A stretch of DNA of 63,572 nt, the filler included, from Porpidia crustulata (lineage: Eukaryota): NCBI GenBank assembly GCA_964255105.1. It is 9 parts of 9 records of this genome, joined end to end, with 100 filler letters (N's around TTAATTAATTAA, not from the genome) between each part and the next. Parts side by side here need not be neighbours in the genome. Positions count along the whole stretch, not along the records: positions 35,434 to 42,400 come from CAXUWE010001414.1; positions 42,501 to 49,462 come from CAXUWE010001415.1; 7 more parts are not named here. The stretch is one strand, 5' to 3'. Below the pieces are notes generated by a model that saw nothing but the letters and a program-made list of their open reading frames with translations, ran no database searches and was not told the DNA's origin. The translations under genes were made by a program, and so were the position numbers. Positions 37,054-49,562 of this stretch are shown here, piece after piece; the stretch's first letter is position 1, and each line of letters opens with the position of its first letter.

Positions 37054-37435
37054 CCAATCTCCGACGCCAATTTTATCCATTGAATACTATTGGTTATAAT
37101 TGTGGAAGGGATTTTTTCTATTGGATCACGGATGATTTTATTTCTTGTGTGTCAACCCAAGCTGCACGAATGGGAGCCTGTGCGCAAGACAACTCACATC
37201 GGCCCATCAGGCGGTCGCACGCCTACCCCTCCATCTTCCCTCCACCTCCAGGGTTTTTTGGCAGATGACCAATGAGCCCTCGCGAATAAAGCAAAGTATC
37301 AGTTTCTGTCCAATGAGGAATTTGTGGTATCTTCTTGTACTACATCGCTTGTTGATGCCATACTCCGTACAAGCGGTGCTCCGAAGAGAGTGTGTGTGAT
37401 TTATGCGCCTTTACCAATCGGGCTGTTCCCCCAAT
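37054..37435. promoter_or_regulatory. Cluster of eight CCAAT/ATTGG boxes upstream of hapC
   Basis: CCAAT at 37054, 37067, 37269, 37310, 37414, 37431; ATTGG at 37089, 37120. Confidence 0.55.
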
Positions 37436-38836
37436 CCGCGATGGGTATCAAGAAGTTTTACCTCAGGCTTTAGATGCGATGGCTTATTTGGCTCATTTGT
37501 TTTATACCCGCGGGTCATGTTAATGGCAACCTGGCTGTGTTGGCGGCTTTATAATTCTATGCTACTATAGTCATCAGTGCCTGTAGAGAGTTGATGATGC
37601 AGTGATACCTGATTCCAGAGAGGCTGAAAATGGTTGACTTGACGGCGGGATCAAACATCTCCAGTTGGCGCACATGGTTGGCTCCTCACCCCCCTCAAGT
37701 TGTTAGTTTCATGCAGGCCCGGCACTGCCAGACATAGGCCCTCAAACGTAGCAGTGGAACCCATAGAACGATGAAAAAGCCTTAGTAAGACCATGTCGAA
37801 TCTTCCAGGGGAGTACGAGTCAAATTTGCCTAGACTGCCATTGGAAGGACAGGTCGCCCATCGCTGCGGCATTCCCGCTCAGATCGCATGTGTAATCAGC
37901 ATGGTGAGATCATTCCGTTCGACAGAGAGCAACCGCTTCCAGCACCCTTCCGTCCCTCCCATCGTGGCCCTTCTTTCTCTCCTCGAAACAGAATGAGTGT
38001 GAGAGGAAGACGAGACTCGAAACAATCTGATCAGGGCGTTTGTACACGCGTTTGCCGCGATTCCGAATAAGTCGAGTCGGCGCAGGGTTGTGACTCAATT
38101 CGGCCGTGGAGTTTTGTGTTGAAACATAGCCGGCAAACCCCCCCAGCAAGGTCACCCCGACTCTTGGCCGTCAACCACGTCTGCATTACCACTCACTCGC
38201 TTTTGATGCGCGAGGCCTCGATTGTACACGCTCTGGTAGAAATCGATTGCTGTCAGTAGCGCGCCCAAGGTTAGTCAACGACCAGCTCATGCGCTTTCAC
38301 GCATCCCGTTCTTGGTTCCACCCACTCGGAGAAGCTAAGGGCTGAATTAGGTTTCTAGCGATCAGTTGAGGCCTAATTGCACTCGTACCACCCCACGCTG
38401 CCTAGCTACAACGGTCGCGACCAAGGTCAGTAGCGACTGCTCGTATCCGCTCTTACGTGCATCCTTCTCGCGGTGGAGCAAATCAGGCAATTGGGTTTCG
38501 TGACGCTGGGATTGGGTGACACCACAGTATCCGCGTGCCCTGGGCTCTCCGCGTCGTCCTGCAAGAAGCTCCGATTCGTTGTTGACGCCCTAGGCATTTC
38601 GCGCGTCTGTAGCTTGCAAACCCTAGCCAGAAGCTTCAATTGCGTTCGCGCAGAATACCATCCTGGGCGGTTGTGAAAAGCAAACGCTCCCAACGGTGAC
38701 GCACGTTGAGCGCAGAGCTGCAGAGGCCGCAGTCTGAAAGATCCGAGCCAACGGTGACGTGGTCACCCGCACTATCTGTCGGCCGACCAGCCAATCTATT
38801 CTTCGTTCTGTGAAGGTTGCAGGCGTCCTATACATC

Positions 38837-39984
38837 ATGTCGGTTTCCCCACCGAGGGAGGACGTGGAACACGGAGGCCCGTCGCCTGATAACTCGGAGC
38901 ATATGGATAGAGGCGACCCTGAAGCACAAGCGCGAGAACTGGCTTACGAGTTTGAGGTGAAGGAACAGGACCGGTGGCTGCCGATTGCAAATGGTTGGTT
39001 ATTCTGTGTTACTCATGCATACCTGTCCTATGATTTACGCGTATCTGTCTTCCGACGCTGCACGATGATCGAGGGCCGGATTTCGTCGCTTCTGGCATTG
39101 GCACGCGCGAAATCACTGGTCTCATTATCATGCCCACGATCTGCGCCGGCATCCTCACCTCTACTCTCTATGGTCACATTTTGAGCAGCCAGTCAGAGCT
39201 CACAATGTCCCGCAATTCCCCGCAGTCAATTTCACCACAACGTGGTTCGAGACATAACAGCCTTGTATCTGATGCTAACATTCGTAATTTCGCTCCAGTT
39301 GCTCGGATTATGAAGACGGCGCTGCCAGAAAATGCGAAGATTGCCAAAGAAGCCAAAGAATGCATGCAAGAATGCGTGAGCGAGTTCATCTCTTTCATCA
39401 CAAGCGAAGGTGCGTCTTTGTTTCTGATGATCTTTGTTTCAACTGTAACTACGGACGCACCCCTAACCCTGGTATTTACTCCGTTCAGCATCGGAAAAAT
39501 GTCAGCAAGAGAAACGAAAAACCGTCAACGGCGAAGATATACTGTTTGCCATGACATCACTGGGTTTTGAAAACTATGCGGAAGCACTAAAGATTTATTT
39601 GTCAAAATACCGAGAAGTGAGTTGAACGAATTTGTTGTAAACCCCCTGGCGCCTGTGTCTCCCGCAGCTTTCTTGTAGTGAGCATCTCCGGTCTAGAAAT
39701 TGACATTGACCCCTTTGAAGACCCAGTCTGCCCGAGGGAATGATCAACAACGGCCAGGGAGCTCGTATGGATCGGTGGGAGTTCAGTCCGGTCCTAGTGG
39801 CAGCGTTGGCAGTGGCCCTAATGCTTCTTCGTCATCAGCAGCCTACCACCCACAGGGCGGAGAAGGTGTCAACAACATTCTAGGTCCCGCGCACGCTCTC
39901 GAAGCAGCACAGCGCGACACTGGCTTCCACAATGTATATCCGCCAGGCGGTGGCAACAATGGAGTTGGCAGCGAGCCGTACTAG
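38837..39984 (+). CDS. hapC: CCAAT-binding complex subunit HapC/HAP3 (NF-YB; 3 introns)
   Basis: [92 protein letters not shown]. Confidence 0.96.
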
Positions 39985-40883
39985 CATTATGGTTCTTACG
40001 TTCACGGACAGCTCCAAGACGGCGTTTTCGTCGTGACTTACCTCCGCGATCGCCTCCTGGACATATACCGGGTCATCCCTAGGGATGTACAGTTACAAAT
40101 TTACCTTCTCTGTTCTTACTAGGTTTCTTAACTTTGGAGGAGGGCAACTTGACGGACACATGGACCGGAATTTCGTATGGCTGCAGCCGTCGCACATATA
40201 CGGCCCATCCGTGATACATACCTTTCGCACAGGTCTGGTCCAGCGTCGGCGCGGAAAAGTACGGAGGGTTTGAGAGCTTTTGAGCGTGGAGTCAAAAGGG
40301 TCATGGGCTCCAGCACATTCGAGGCTTTCTAAGGAAGATTACGGGCAGATTTCTACATTTCAAAGGATACCAAGGATCTCGCGGGGGTGTTTTTTGTGTA
40401 GGAAAGGGGCTTGATGGTAACTTTTGGACAGAACAATTTTGTATAGCTTCAGCATAGCCTCGGGCTTCGATTTAGGAGCGTTTGCTAGAACGATCTGATC
40501 TTTTGGGCCTTCAGATTCTACAGTATTTGATTGCTATCACGTTCATCATCCTAAATCCAGCAATGCTATGCCCTTGAGTCCATACATAATCAGGATACTA
40601 GACTGGATAGGTAGACGACAAAGGCCAATGATCTCGGCAAACGAGTCCTTGCCCTAATCTCGAGCCCTAACGGCTGCGCTACGATTCATCAGCCAACGTG
40701 GGCAACGGTCTCCTTCCCCTTATGGACGAGTGACTTTGACCAGCGTGGACTTGGCTGAACTCTGTTATATTTTCCATTGTTATCCTGTTTCAAGGTACGA
40801 AGGTATGACACATAGTGCCAAGTAGGATCACTATACTTCAACAAGTCCAGTCTCAATTCCGACCGAACGGGTAGCATCGGCAT

Positions 40884-40909
40884 AGGAGTTTATCGCCTGA
40901 TAAACTCCT
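40884..40909. promoter_or_regulatory. Perfect palindrome carrying two GATAA sites upstream of the aminotransferase gene
   Basis: AGGAGTTTATC-gcct-GATAAACTCCT, ~200 bp before ATG 41111. Confidence 0.5.
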
Positions 40910-41110
40910 CCAGAATGACGCATATCCGTCTCTCTCGGCCCATTCGAGTTTCTCGGGTTTCTTTTCACACGAATTTTGTTCTTGGAGTGTGGGATGCGCT
41001 TTGTCCTCTGTTGTTAAGAGAAACATAATTCCACCTTCTATACAACTTGATCTGTAAAGCCAATATCATTAATATCTTCGTGCGTCTTGACTACCTTCAG
41101 CATCTTCATC

Positions 41111-42400
41111 ATGGCTCCTCCATCTGCCATTGACATCCCAGAGAGCCAAGGTATTTCCGACACCCAGATTGCTACCTTCGCCGACCGATTGAGCGTCAAT
41201 GGCGTACCAGCGCGGCGCTCGAAGGCACCAAAGCTGAGCGGAGGCATTGCGGCGCACTCAAGTAGTGATATGTTCAAGAGCCCAGTATGGTCAAATCCTC
41301 GAGAACCGCGAAGGGTAGTATGGTTTCTGATGTGTTGATAGGGCTACGGCAAGCCCAAGGCGAAGAGGTGGGATTGTACGTTAGTCAAAAGTAATCGGCG
41401 GGAGCCAGGGAATTATGAGGCTGATAGGGGACAGACCGATTGAATGAAGAGAGCACTTCTAGGAAGGTCAGGACTATCGCTCCAGAGCGAGGATTTAAGG
41501 ACCTGGCTAAAGGTGATCTAGGCATCAAAGCTAAAAGGCGCTGCGAAATATCTTATGAATCCAGGTATGCCCGGCACATGGGGGATAGCCAAGAAATATG
41601 CCGGATTAGGTTCTTACAGAATCACCAGGTCTCATCACACTTGGCGGCGGGTTGCCCTCTAGCGAATACTTCCCGGTCGAGCACATTGACATCAAAGTAC
41701 CGACCCCTGGACACTTTTCTGAGGAGGAAACGAAAGAAATGGGAATAGTCCAGCAAATAGGAAAGCATGATATCGCTGAGGGGAAGAGCTTATTTGGTAG
41801 TTCATGGGATTGCTTGACGCGCTGAGCATCATGCTAATAATGGCTGCCACAGATATCCACGTTGCATTTAATTACGGCCAATCAACAGGCTCAGCCCAAC
41901 TTCTACGTTTCATGACGGAACATACAGAGGTACCACGTTTCTCCCGATTCCCTAGATTATACTAAATCCCCCCTTAGATCGTTCATCACCCCCCTTACCA
42001 AGACTGGCAGTGCGCAATGACCGTCGGCAGCACCTCTGCGCTCGACATGGCCCTACGAATGTTCACCACCCGCGGCTCTTACATCATGTCTGAAGAATAT
42101 ACCTTCGTGCCTGCCCTCGAAACAGCGCCCCCCATGCGTGTCAAATGCATAGGAATCAAGATGGACGCCGAAGGTCTCCTCCCCACCAGTATGGATCACA
42201 TCCTTAGCACCTGGAACCCCTCAGCGCACAACGGAGCCCCCAAACCATGGCTCCTCTACACCGTCCCTTCTGGTCAAAACCCCACCGGTGCCACCCAAGG
42301 CGAGCAACGTCGCAAAGAAATTTACCGCGTGGCGCAAAAACATGACGTCTACATTCTCGAAGACGAACCCTACTACTTCCTCCAGATGGAACCCTATCAC
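41111..42400 (+). CDS. ARO8: Aromatic amino acid/2-aminoadipate aminotransferase (Aro8-like, class I PLP), multi-exon, 3' truncated
   Basis: MAPPSAID, GKPKAKRWD, SKLKGAAKYL, LITLGGGLPSSEYFP, FNYGQSTGSAQLLRF.TEHT, LYTVPSGQNPTGATQ..RRKEIY.VAQKHDVYILEDEPYYFLQM. Confidence 0.92.
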
Positions 42401-42500
42401 NNNNNNNNNNNNNNNNNNNNNNNNNNNNNNNNNNNNNNNNNNNNTTAATTAATTAANNNNNNNNNNNNNNNNNNNNNNNNNNNNNNNNNNNNNNNNNNNN
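42401..42500. other. Artificial contig linker
   Basis: 44 N + TTAATTAATTAA + 44 N. Confidence 0.98.
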
Positions 42501-43116
42501 GTATGGTTACATTATGTCTTTTTGATTCGTTTCTATACAAACAGCAGAAAAATACTTGATCACTATATATCTAATAGTCTATCCCTATCCCAGAGCCTTC
42601 GCTTCGGCGAAGTTCAGTTTGTGCTCGCTAAAACGTTGCTAAATTCAAGGAACCAAGATACAAAGATGGTTTCCTAGCAGATGCTTTTCCTTTCATTTCG
42701 ACATATTCCACACCCGAAGAACCGATCATCCAAAATTTCCTATAGCAATTAGGGTGACACAATGAGGATCCTTGACGTCTCGAGCGTATCGTGCGTATCA
42801 GATGACCTTGGCGGCGGCAGCCACGGCTGTTTGCACTGGGGGAATATCATACAAGAGACCAGATGACGCGCTCAAAGAGACTGTATGCACCATCCCATTC
42901 AATATACGTATTAGCCAGCACATCTTGTGAAGTATCGCATTGTGAGCAAACTCGGTACAATCTTTGAAAATAAATAACACGCCAATAATGGCTACAACCG
43001 TAACCATCCTCACACAGGAGAAAAAGAATATAACCACTGAGTGGCCTGCAAGTGGGTAGCATAAATTCGACTTCTCCTGGAGTTCGCCCGTAGACGTAAC
43101 GTCCAAAACAAACTCG

Positions 43117-43955
43117 ATGGAACGAGCTGGAGAATATGAAATAGCTGCCGGACGCCGTCCCAGTCGACGATCCCAACCATCACAAGCACTTTACGATCAG
43201 GAAAGACATAGCCGCGGATCCAAAGAAGCAGCTCACTATGGTGGTCGCAGACAATACTTGGAGAAAGGCCAACATGGAAGCTTGGGCCGTCAGCAACATC
43301 GGCCGAAAGTCTTGCTTGATGATGCCGTATACGATCTCCAGAATGTCTTAGAGACCGCCGTTGATTGTTACAGCAGCTTTTTTGAAGAATTTGAGAAAGA
43401 TGTTCAACGTATCGAAGCCTACGCTGGACCGCGAGTCATGGAACATTTATGGGTAAACAAGGTTGAGTCCGGTAGTGAACGGAGCAGGAACGGCATTCAT
43501 TCTCAAGCAAGGCAAGCAGCGGGCCAAAGGCCTCCAACTCCGGCCCATAACTTCCGAAGCGTTGGCAAAGAGGTTGACGAGTGTTTCCATGTTGCCATGG
43601 GATCTCACGCATCAAGCAAGGAAAGCCATATTGACCCTCAGACTGCAGTCCGTATACAGAAGAAGCTAAAACAAGCATATGGCGATATTTCTAAGCTCAT
43701 GGAGACTGCTCTTTGGCGGAAAGATGACGCGGGTGCCCTCATAACCGAATTGGAGATGGTCTTGACCTTTCTCGAAAAGACCGGACCTCGACGGGATGAA
43801 CGCGAAGGTAGCGTCGACCATCACGGCCAAGATCCGCAACATTTTAAAAATTCTACTGAAGATGACCCAAATGGATTTAAAGAAGCACAAGGTATGTAGC
43901 AGAAACTTGATTCAGTTCTCCTCATTGACCGTGTGTAGATTCCCAATCATGGTAA
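43117..43955 (+). CDS. Hypothetical helical protein (terminal intron 43892-43938)
   Basis: 260-aa ORF; GTATGT donor, TTGAC branch-like site and TAG acceptor give a ..DSQSW* end at 43955. Confidence 0.6.
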
Positions 43956-43986
43956 ACCGTCCCGTCGACTTGATTTATTGCGGAGA

Positions 43987-45186
43987 TCAATTACCAAGAC
44001 CGGGCCATTCTATAGCTTTGTTAGTCTATATCAAGTTTCGAGCTCGCGCAGTCATATCCAGTTACCGAATTTTGTGCGCTCCTCATTTCTCTTACAAACC
44101 ACAACTTCGTCGCCAACGGCGATAGTCCTACCTGAGAATTCTTTCGATCCAAGAAATGCATAACGTCCAAATATCGGGCTGTATTTTGCTCCTGCATCTA
44201 CTCTCCGATCCTTCATTAGTGATTTGAGGACTTTTCCAGATTCATCAATGCCTTGAGTTCCCGTAGAATAGTCAATATTAATACTCTGGCATCTCGCGCA
44301 GTTTGCTGTCAATGTCAATTGAATGTTGCCAGCTGCGTTATAAGCACTCTCGTCCTGCGAAGTGAGTCTCAGTCCCCCCCAGAAGTCTTCATCATAGGCT
44401 GCGATGGACCCTGAGAGTACGATGTTGGGCCTGAATTTTGTAATGTCCATGCTCTTACCTTCGGGTAAACGCGCGGAAACATCATGGACTGACTCCTCTG
44501 TTACAATCAAGTATGGCGCTACATCTGCAAAGGTGATACCTTCCTCGTCTTTGGATTTAGTGTTTGTAACACTCGCAGCGATGCTTGCTATCCAAGACTT
44601 GTTTGTACTTTGATTACTTGTCACGTTGGGGGACAGATTCCCAAGCACGGACCGACGATGAGGTCCCAGATACACGAGCATCACATCATAGCCAAAGCAT
44701 GATGAAAACCACGAATAATAAGGGTCGCCCATGTCGAACGCTTTTGTAGGACTCCGATGTAGCGACAAATCCACCATACTCTTAGTGGAGCAGTCTGGCT
44801 TCAAAGGTATCTCGATGCTTCGTGTCGCCCCGTTCCCTGGGGGATTGAATGTCACAGTGAACTTCTCCGCAGAAATATCATCTCCTGGCATTTGAACACT
44901 CTGGAGGAATAGCGCCAATTCAGAAAAGTAGGTGATTGTCATATTCTCCAGTTTTCCATTGAAATGACCCTGGCTTCGCGGAGAAGTATTCTCTCCATGG
45001 ATTTTGACAAGCATAAATCGGCGATCATAGGGAAACCCATGTGGCGAGACATGCGCTTTTGTAAGAGGAACGCTGCGAAGAGATTTGATAGGATAAGTGT
45101 AGAGCTATGGAAGTTTGGAGATTAGATACTTGCGAAGAATGCTGGAGATGACAATAAGGCGATGAGATTACTTGACTAATTTTCAT
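43987..45186 (-). CDS. MOSC domain protein (mARC-like molybdenum cofactor-binding; 2 introns)
   Basis: MKISQ|LYTYPIKSLR...GFPYDRRFML, ITFADVAPYLIV, MDITKFRPNIVLSG, EDFW, NCARCQSINIDY.TG, DRRVDAGAKYSPIFGRY. Confidence 0.92.
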
Positions 45187-45656
45187 TGTAGTATAGATCG
45201 GAGCTGCAGGGTATTCAGTGGTTTTCGTGGGCCGACAAATGTACAGAAGCCTCTTTGTGGTGCTGTAGATACTTCTCAATCCTTCCAACAATCAGTACTC
45301 TACACGATCTATGACATGTGGGGAAGTTTCTTCGGCCAACGGGCAGACGGGTCTCAACTTCTCAACTTCTTAGGGACAAGGCTCGTTTAACTCTACCCTA
45401 TGCAGGGTGGCAGGGTTAGACCGTTGGTGCGTCACCAGCTTGAGCGCTAAGAGCTTACTTAGGTCAGTCTCAATTCGGCAACCTGTCATGAAATTGTACA
45501 GTTCTACCGTCGGTCAGCGAAACCAGCGTCTTCAGACTCTGGAGGCTGACAAAGTAATCATCGATCCGTGATTTAAGAAAGCAAACGCTCACTTCAAGAT
45601 GGCGTCAATTTCGCAAATATCTTTCGAATTCAGGTCTGATCGCCGATCACATTGCA

Positions 45657-46591
45657 ATGGACGACTACGAAATCACCCTTAGAGGTATGCTGGCCTGCAT
45701 TTTTGCCCTCGAAGCACGAACTAATCGTAAACACTAGATCTCCTTGGACTGCAGGCAGCAGTATATGAATGGGCGGATAGCTATGATTCCAAGGTCCGAG
45801 AACCCTTTCCCTTGCTGCAACAGCCGCCCTAACTGTAGACCATGTGCAGGACTGGGACCGACTGCGCAAATGTATCGCTCCGACCATGAGAGTGTGTATA
45901 TCTCTTCAGCTCGGAGAAGGTTCGAGACATTGATATCCCTTGTTCATATCAGGTCGACTACCGCGACTTCCTCGACAAAATGTGGGAAGCTATGCCCGCT
46001 GAAGAGTTTGTTCAAATGGCTTCGAACCCCAACGTGCTCGGTGACCCAAGTCTAAAGACCCAACATTTTATTGGGGGCACGAGGTGGGAAAAGGTTTCCT
46101 ATACCGACGCAATCGGATACCATCAGCTTCGTGTTCCACATCAAAAATATACCGACGCCTCCTGCAAGCAGGTCGCTGTCAAGGGCCACGCTCATAGCTT
46201 CAACAAGCATTGGTATAAGAAAATTGACGGTGTCTGGAAATTTGCTGGGCTCGCGCCGGAGATAAGGTGGTTTGAGTATGACTTTGATAAAGTATTTGAA
46301 AGTGGTAGAGATAGTTTTGGCGAGAAGGAACAGCTCGACGAAGTGAAGGCGGCCAGCGGTATCCCGAGCGAGATTCCTGTCCACATGCAAACAGAGCCTA
46401 AAGTCACGAAGGCCGCGGATGTACCTGGTACAGAAATTCCTGCAATCCTGATGGCGCAGCTTGATGAGATCAAGACGGACAACGTTATACCTAATGGAAT
46501 AACCGCTGAAGTTTCTTCAAGTGGCGAAGAAGCACTAAATAAAATAATGGCGACAAGTGGCAACGTACACGACATTTCTGTTACCGCATAG
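45657..46591 (+). CDS. SCD1: Scytalone dehydratase (DHN-melanin pathway; 3 introns) with a C-terminal extension
   Basis: YEWADSYDSK|DWDRLRKCIAP.MR|VDYR.FLDKMWEAMPAEEF, VLGDP.LKTQHFIG, HQLRVPHQKY, KGHAH, HWYKKIDGVWKFAGLAPEIRW.EYDFDKVF. Confidence 0.95.
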
Positions 46592-48200
46592 ATAGGTTGT
46601 GCGTTTAATTTTCATGGCGAATGGTTTTCCTGTAGGCCTTCCTACTTGGATGGCACGACAGGTATTAACAAGGGCTTCTTGGCCATCTGTCACACTATTT
46701 AGAGCATTTGTATCCGACTGTTGAAGTGAAACAATTTAGTGCTCACTTGGACATCCATGAATGTTAAACAATAACGGAAGACGAGAATTGATAATGCAAT
46801 AACTGCCTCGATCACGGCGCAGGCATTTCCACGTGTCCATCATTAGCTAATAAGTTACACACAGCACTCTTTGGATAAACTAAGCGCAACTTATTATTGA
46901 CTAATTTAGTAGGAGACATGAAATGTAGGAATTGGCGGATACGCGCCCGTTCCTGAAGATCATAACCTCCAAGCGGCGCCCTTGATTCGCGAATTTACAT
47001 TCGATCCGATCACACGCTCGTGCAGTTGACGAAGGAAAGTAATCAGCGGCATGAAGCACAGGCAATATCGCTGTAGCCTCGTAGGCTCGAGTGGGACTTG
47101 CATTCTCGAATACGAGGACTCCACCGCCATCTCTGCTGAACATCCCTGGCCGGACATGTCTCTGCTTATGAGAACCCACAAGTGATCCTTGGACAACACT
47201 CCAGCGATCAAGGATTGCCTCGAGGTCCGCATAAGCCGCGCCACTGTTCGCAACCCTCCAGCAGTCGAGGAAGAGTTCCAGGGTGAACTACGATATCCAT
47301 TGAACATATGATGGGAGATGAGAGAGATGGAGATAGAATAATTGCGTTCATAGTCAGAAGAAGGATGGCCAGCGATCAAAAAACGCGAGACGAAAGAATA
47401 ATTCTGCACCTGAGGCTACTACTGCGACGAGGAGAGATTTCTTCTGATGGCGGTTGCGGTGAAGAACCACTCAGGGTACCTACATGCCTCTCGCTTCGGA
47501 TCAAGCCAGTGCTGAATGTTGATAGGCAGCTACTTCCGCATTACGGATAGAAAGCACCTGCGTTGATTAAAAAATGATTACCTTCAGGGTTTGTTGAATG
47601 TCCGTATAAGCGCAGACCCACGCGAGATCAGTTCCTGGTTCACGGGACTGCGCCATGTGGATCAACTGTGTTTCGAATACAGCCTTGAAGTCGACATCAT
47701 GATATTCTAGAAAACACATCGCTCGATGATGGGTCAACAATCTGATGAACCAGTCGCTGGGAACGACGTCCTGACGAAAGTACAAGTGGCGTCCGAATTG
47801 CCGCCAGGAATCACTTATCCGATCGCAAGACAACACCGCCCTTCTCAACAGTTGAGAAATACACTTTTATTCTCGGGTTTCCTTCCAGTTGCGAAGTGAA
47901 AGTGGAAGCTAGCGAGATTTCTGGCCTTTTGTGTGGATGCTGAGGATTCAATTGACACGCAATGCTTCGTCCTTACTATGTGGTAAAGTGGGTAACGTGG
48001 GATATGCTCGGAATAGGTGTGACGTTGATATATCCTGTCTTGATGCTGCTGTAGGTGCTGAGTCGACCGTACATTCGTTTGCGATGCCTCTTGCGATACC
48101 TCGCTAGAACATTCAAATACCTCTACATCGTTTAGCAGCAATTCAAGTCCTTCTGTACGCTTTGATACACTTCCTAATTTTCTATTTGGATGATTGCCTC

Positions 48201-49462
48201 ATGGCTGGTCATGACTTCCTTGTCTGCCCCAAAACATCTGTTCTATGCCTCTACATTTGGACTGCCATATCGATATGTCTGGCATCGCCCCTGGTGGTGT
48301 CACAACCCAAGATACTCGAGAAACGTGACTGGGTAGCTGGCCCTACTCGATTCTAATCATCGCGAGACCCGCTGACATTCTGAAATAGGCATTCGAATGC
48401 AACGAAGTCCCAATACCCTCATCCCCGAACGGCCTTGAACCCGATCCGCGTCTTAGAAGGTTCGCTACCTTGACTGCTTTATGTCATGGGTACACCGACG
48501 GTATGGGATACTCATGCTCAGCGTCTGGCCGGCTATTTGTACTATATCCATTCTCGGACCTTTTCCGAGGTCCACCAGACTCCGTTTATCTCCGCACAGC
48601 CTGTCATCAACATTGCTCTTGCCAGAATATTGCGCCCGGTATACCATCGCCACGTCTCCCAACAAGGGCTCAATCATGTAACGTCACAGAGTCTGTAGGC
48701 TCTACCTTACCAAGAGGCTCTAGGCTGCCAACAAGCTACAGCTTACCAGCAGGCTCTGGCTCCGGGATTTCGGACCCCCAAACTTCGGCCGGTAATGTGA
48801 ACAGCGGCACTATTTCTGGGAGTGGGAACACTCAGACTTCGTCTGAATGCACGCACTCTTCCTGGGATGAGGAAACTTACAAGGTTAGGTGCAGCGAAGC
48901 ACTCTACGGCCGCCCGTCTGATTCTAGCTGTTACCTTGCTAGTCTTGATGTGGTGGCTAGAGCTGGCGACCTCTTTGAGAATCGGGAATTCTTGGGTATG
49001 GGCGTAGATCCGTCTGGTGCCGACGCGATAAAGTCTGAGCGAACTCCGCAAACCTTCCTTCGTGGTAAGCTCTTCTAATTATTATGTTCGTGAGCAGCCA
49101 GCTTACGGATATAGGCGACTGTGAAATAACCGTAATGATGGTAGAAGGAATTGGTCACGAGGGCCGGGATATTGAAGACTGGCATTGGATGGCAAACCGT
49201 GTCGACCAAATCCGCAATCAGTGTGTCATACCCCATGGGATAGGTGGATGGGCTACAGCAGGTACGACCATCCAACCATATACAGATCCCCTGCTCACCA
49301 TGACCAGGCGACAACGAAGAAATCGGCATCTTCATCCACGGCCCCGCATCGAAATTCAAAACGCTTGCCGATGCCAAACTCGCCTGCACATCCGACGCCC
49401 AAGGCAACACCCAATGCCACCCCGAAGACGAACCCCCCACCAAGAAGCAGAAAACCGACACC
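48201..49462 (+). CDS. Two-domain Cys-rich secreted protein (C-terminal domain resembles Ecp2/KP4-like fungal effector families), multi-exon, 3' truncated
   Basis: Signal peptide + LEKR Kex2 site; N-domain LC..GYSC..CHQHCSC; Ser/Gly linker; C-domain CSEALYGRP..SC..REFLG..TP..G|DCEITV..D.EDW..IRNQCV...IGGW. Confidence 0.7.
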
Positions 49463-49562
49463 NNNNNNNNNNNNNNNNNNNNNNNNNNNNNNNNNNNNNN
49501 NNNNNNTTAATTAATTAANNNNNNNNNNNNNNNNNNNNNNNNNNNNNNNNNNNNNNNNNNNN
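49463..49562. other. Artificial contig linker
   Basis: 44 N + TTAATTAATTAA + 44 N. Confidence 0.98.

Noticed and set aside
7998..46591. Secondary-metabolite or melanin cluster (Zn2Cys6 TF, laeA, P450, cupredoxin, scytalone dehydratase)
   Set aside because: The genes lie on different contigs ordered by length, and no PKS/NRPS backbone gene is present.
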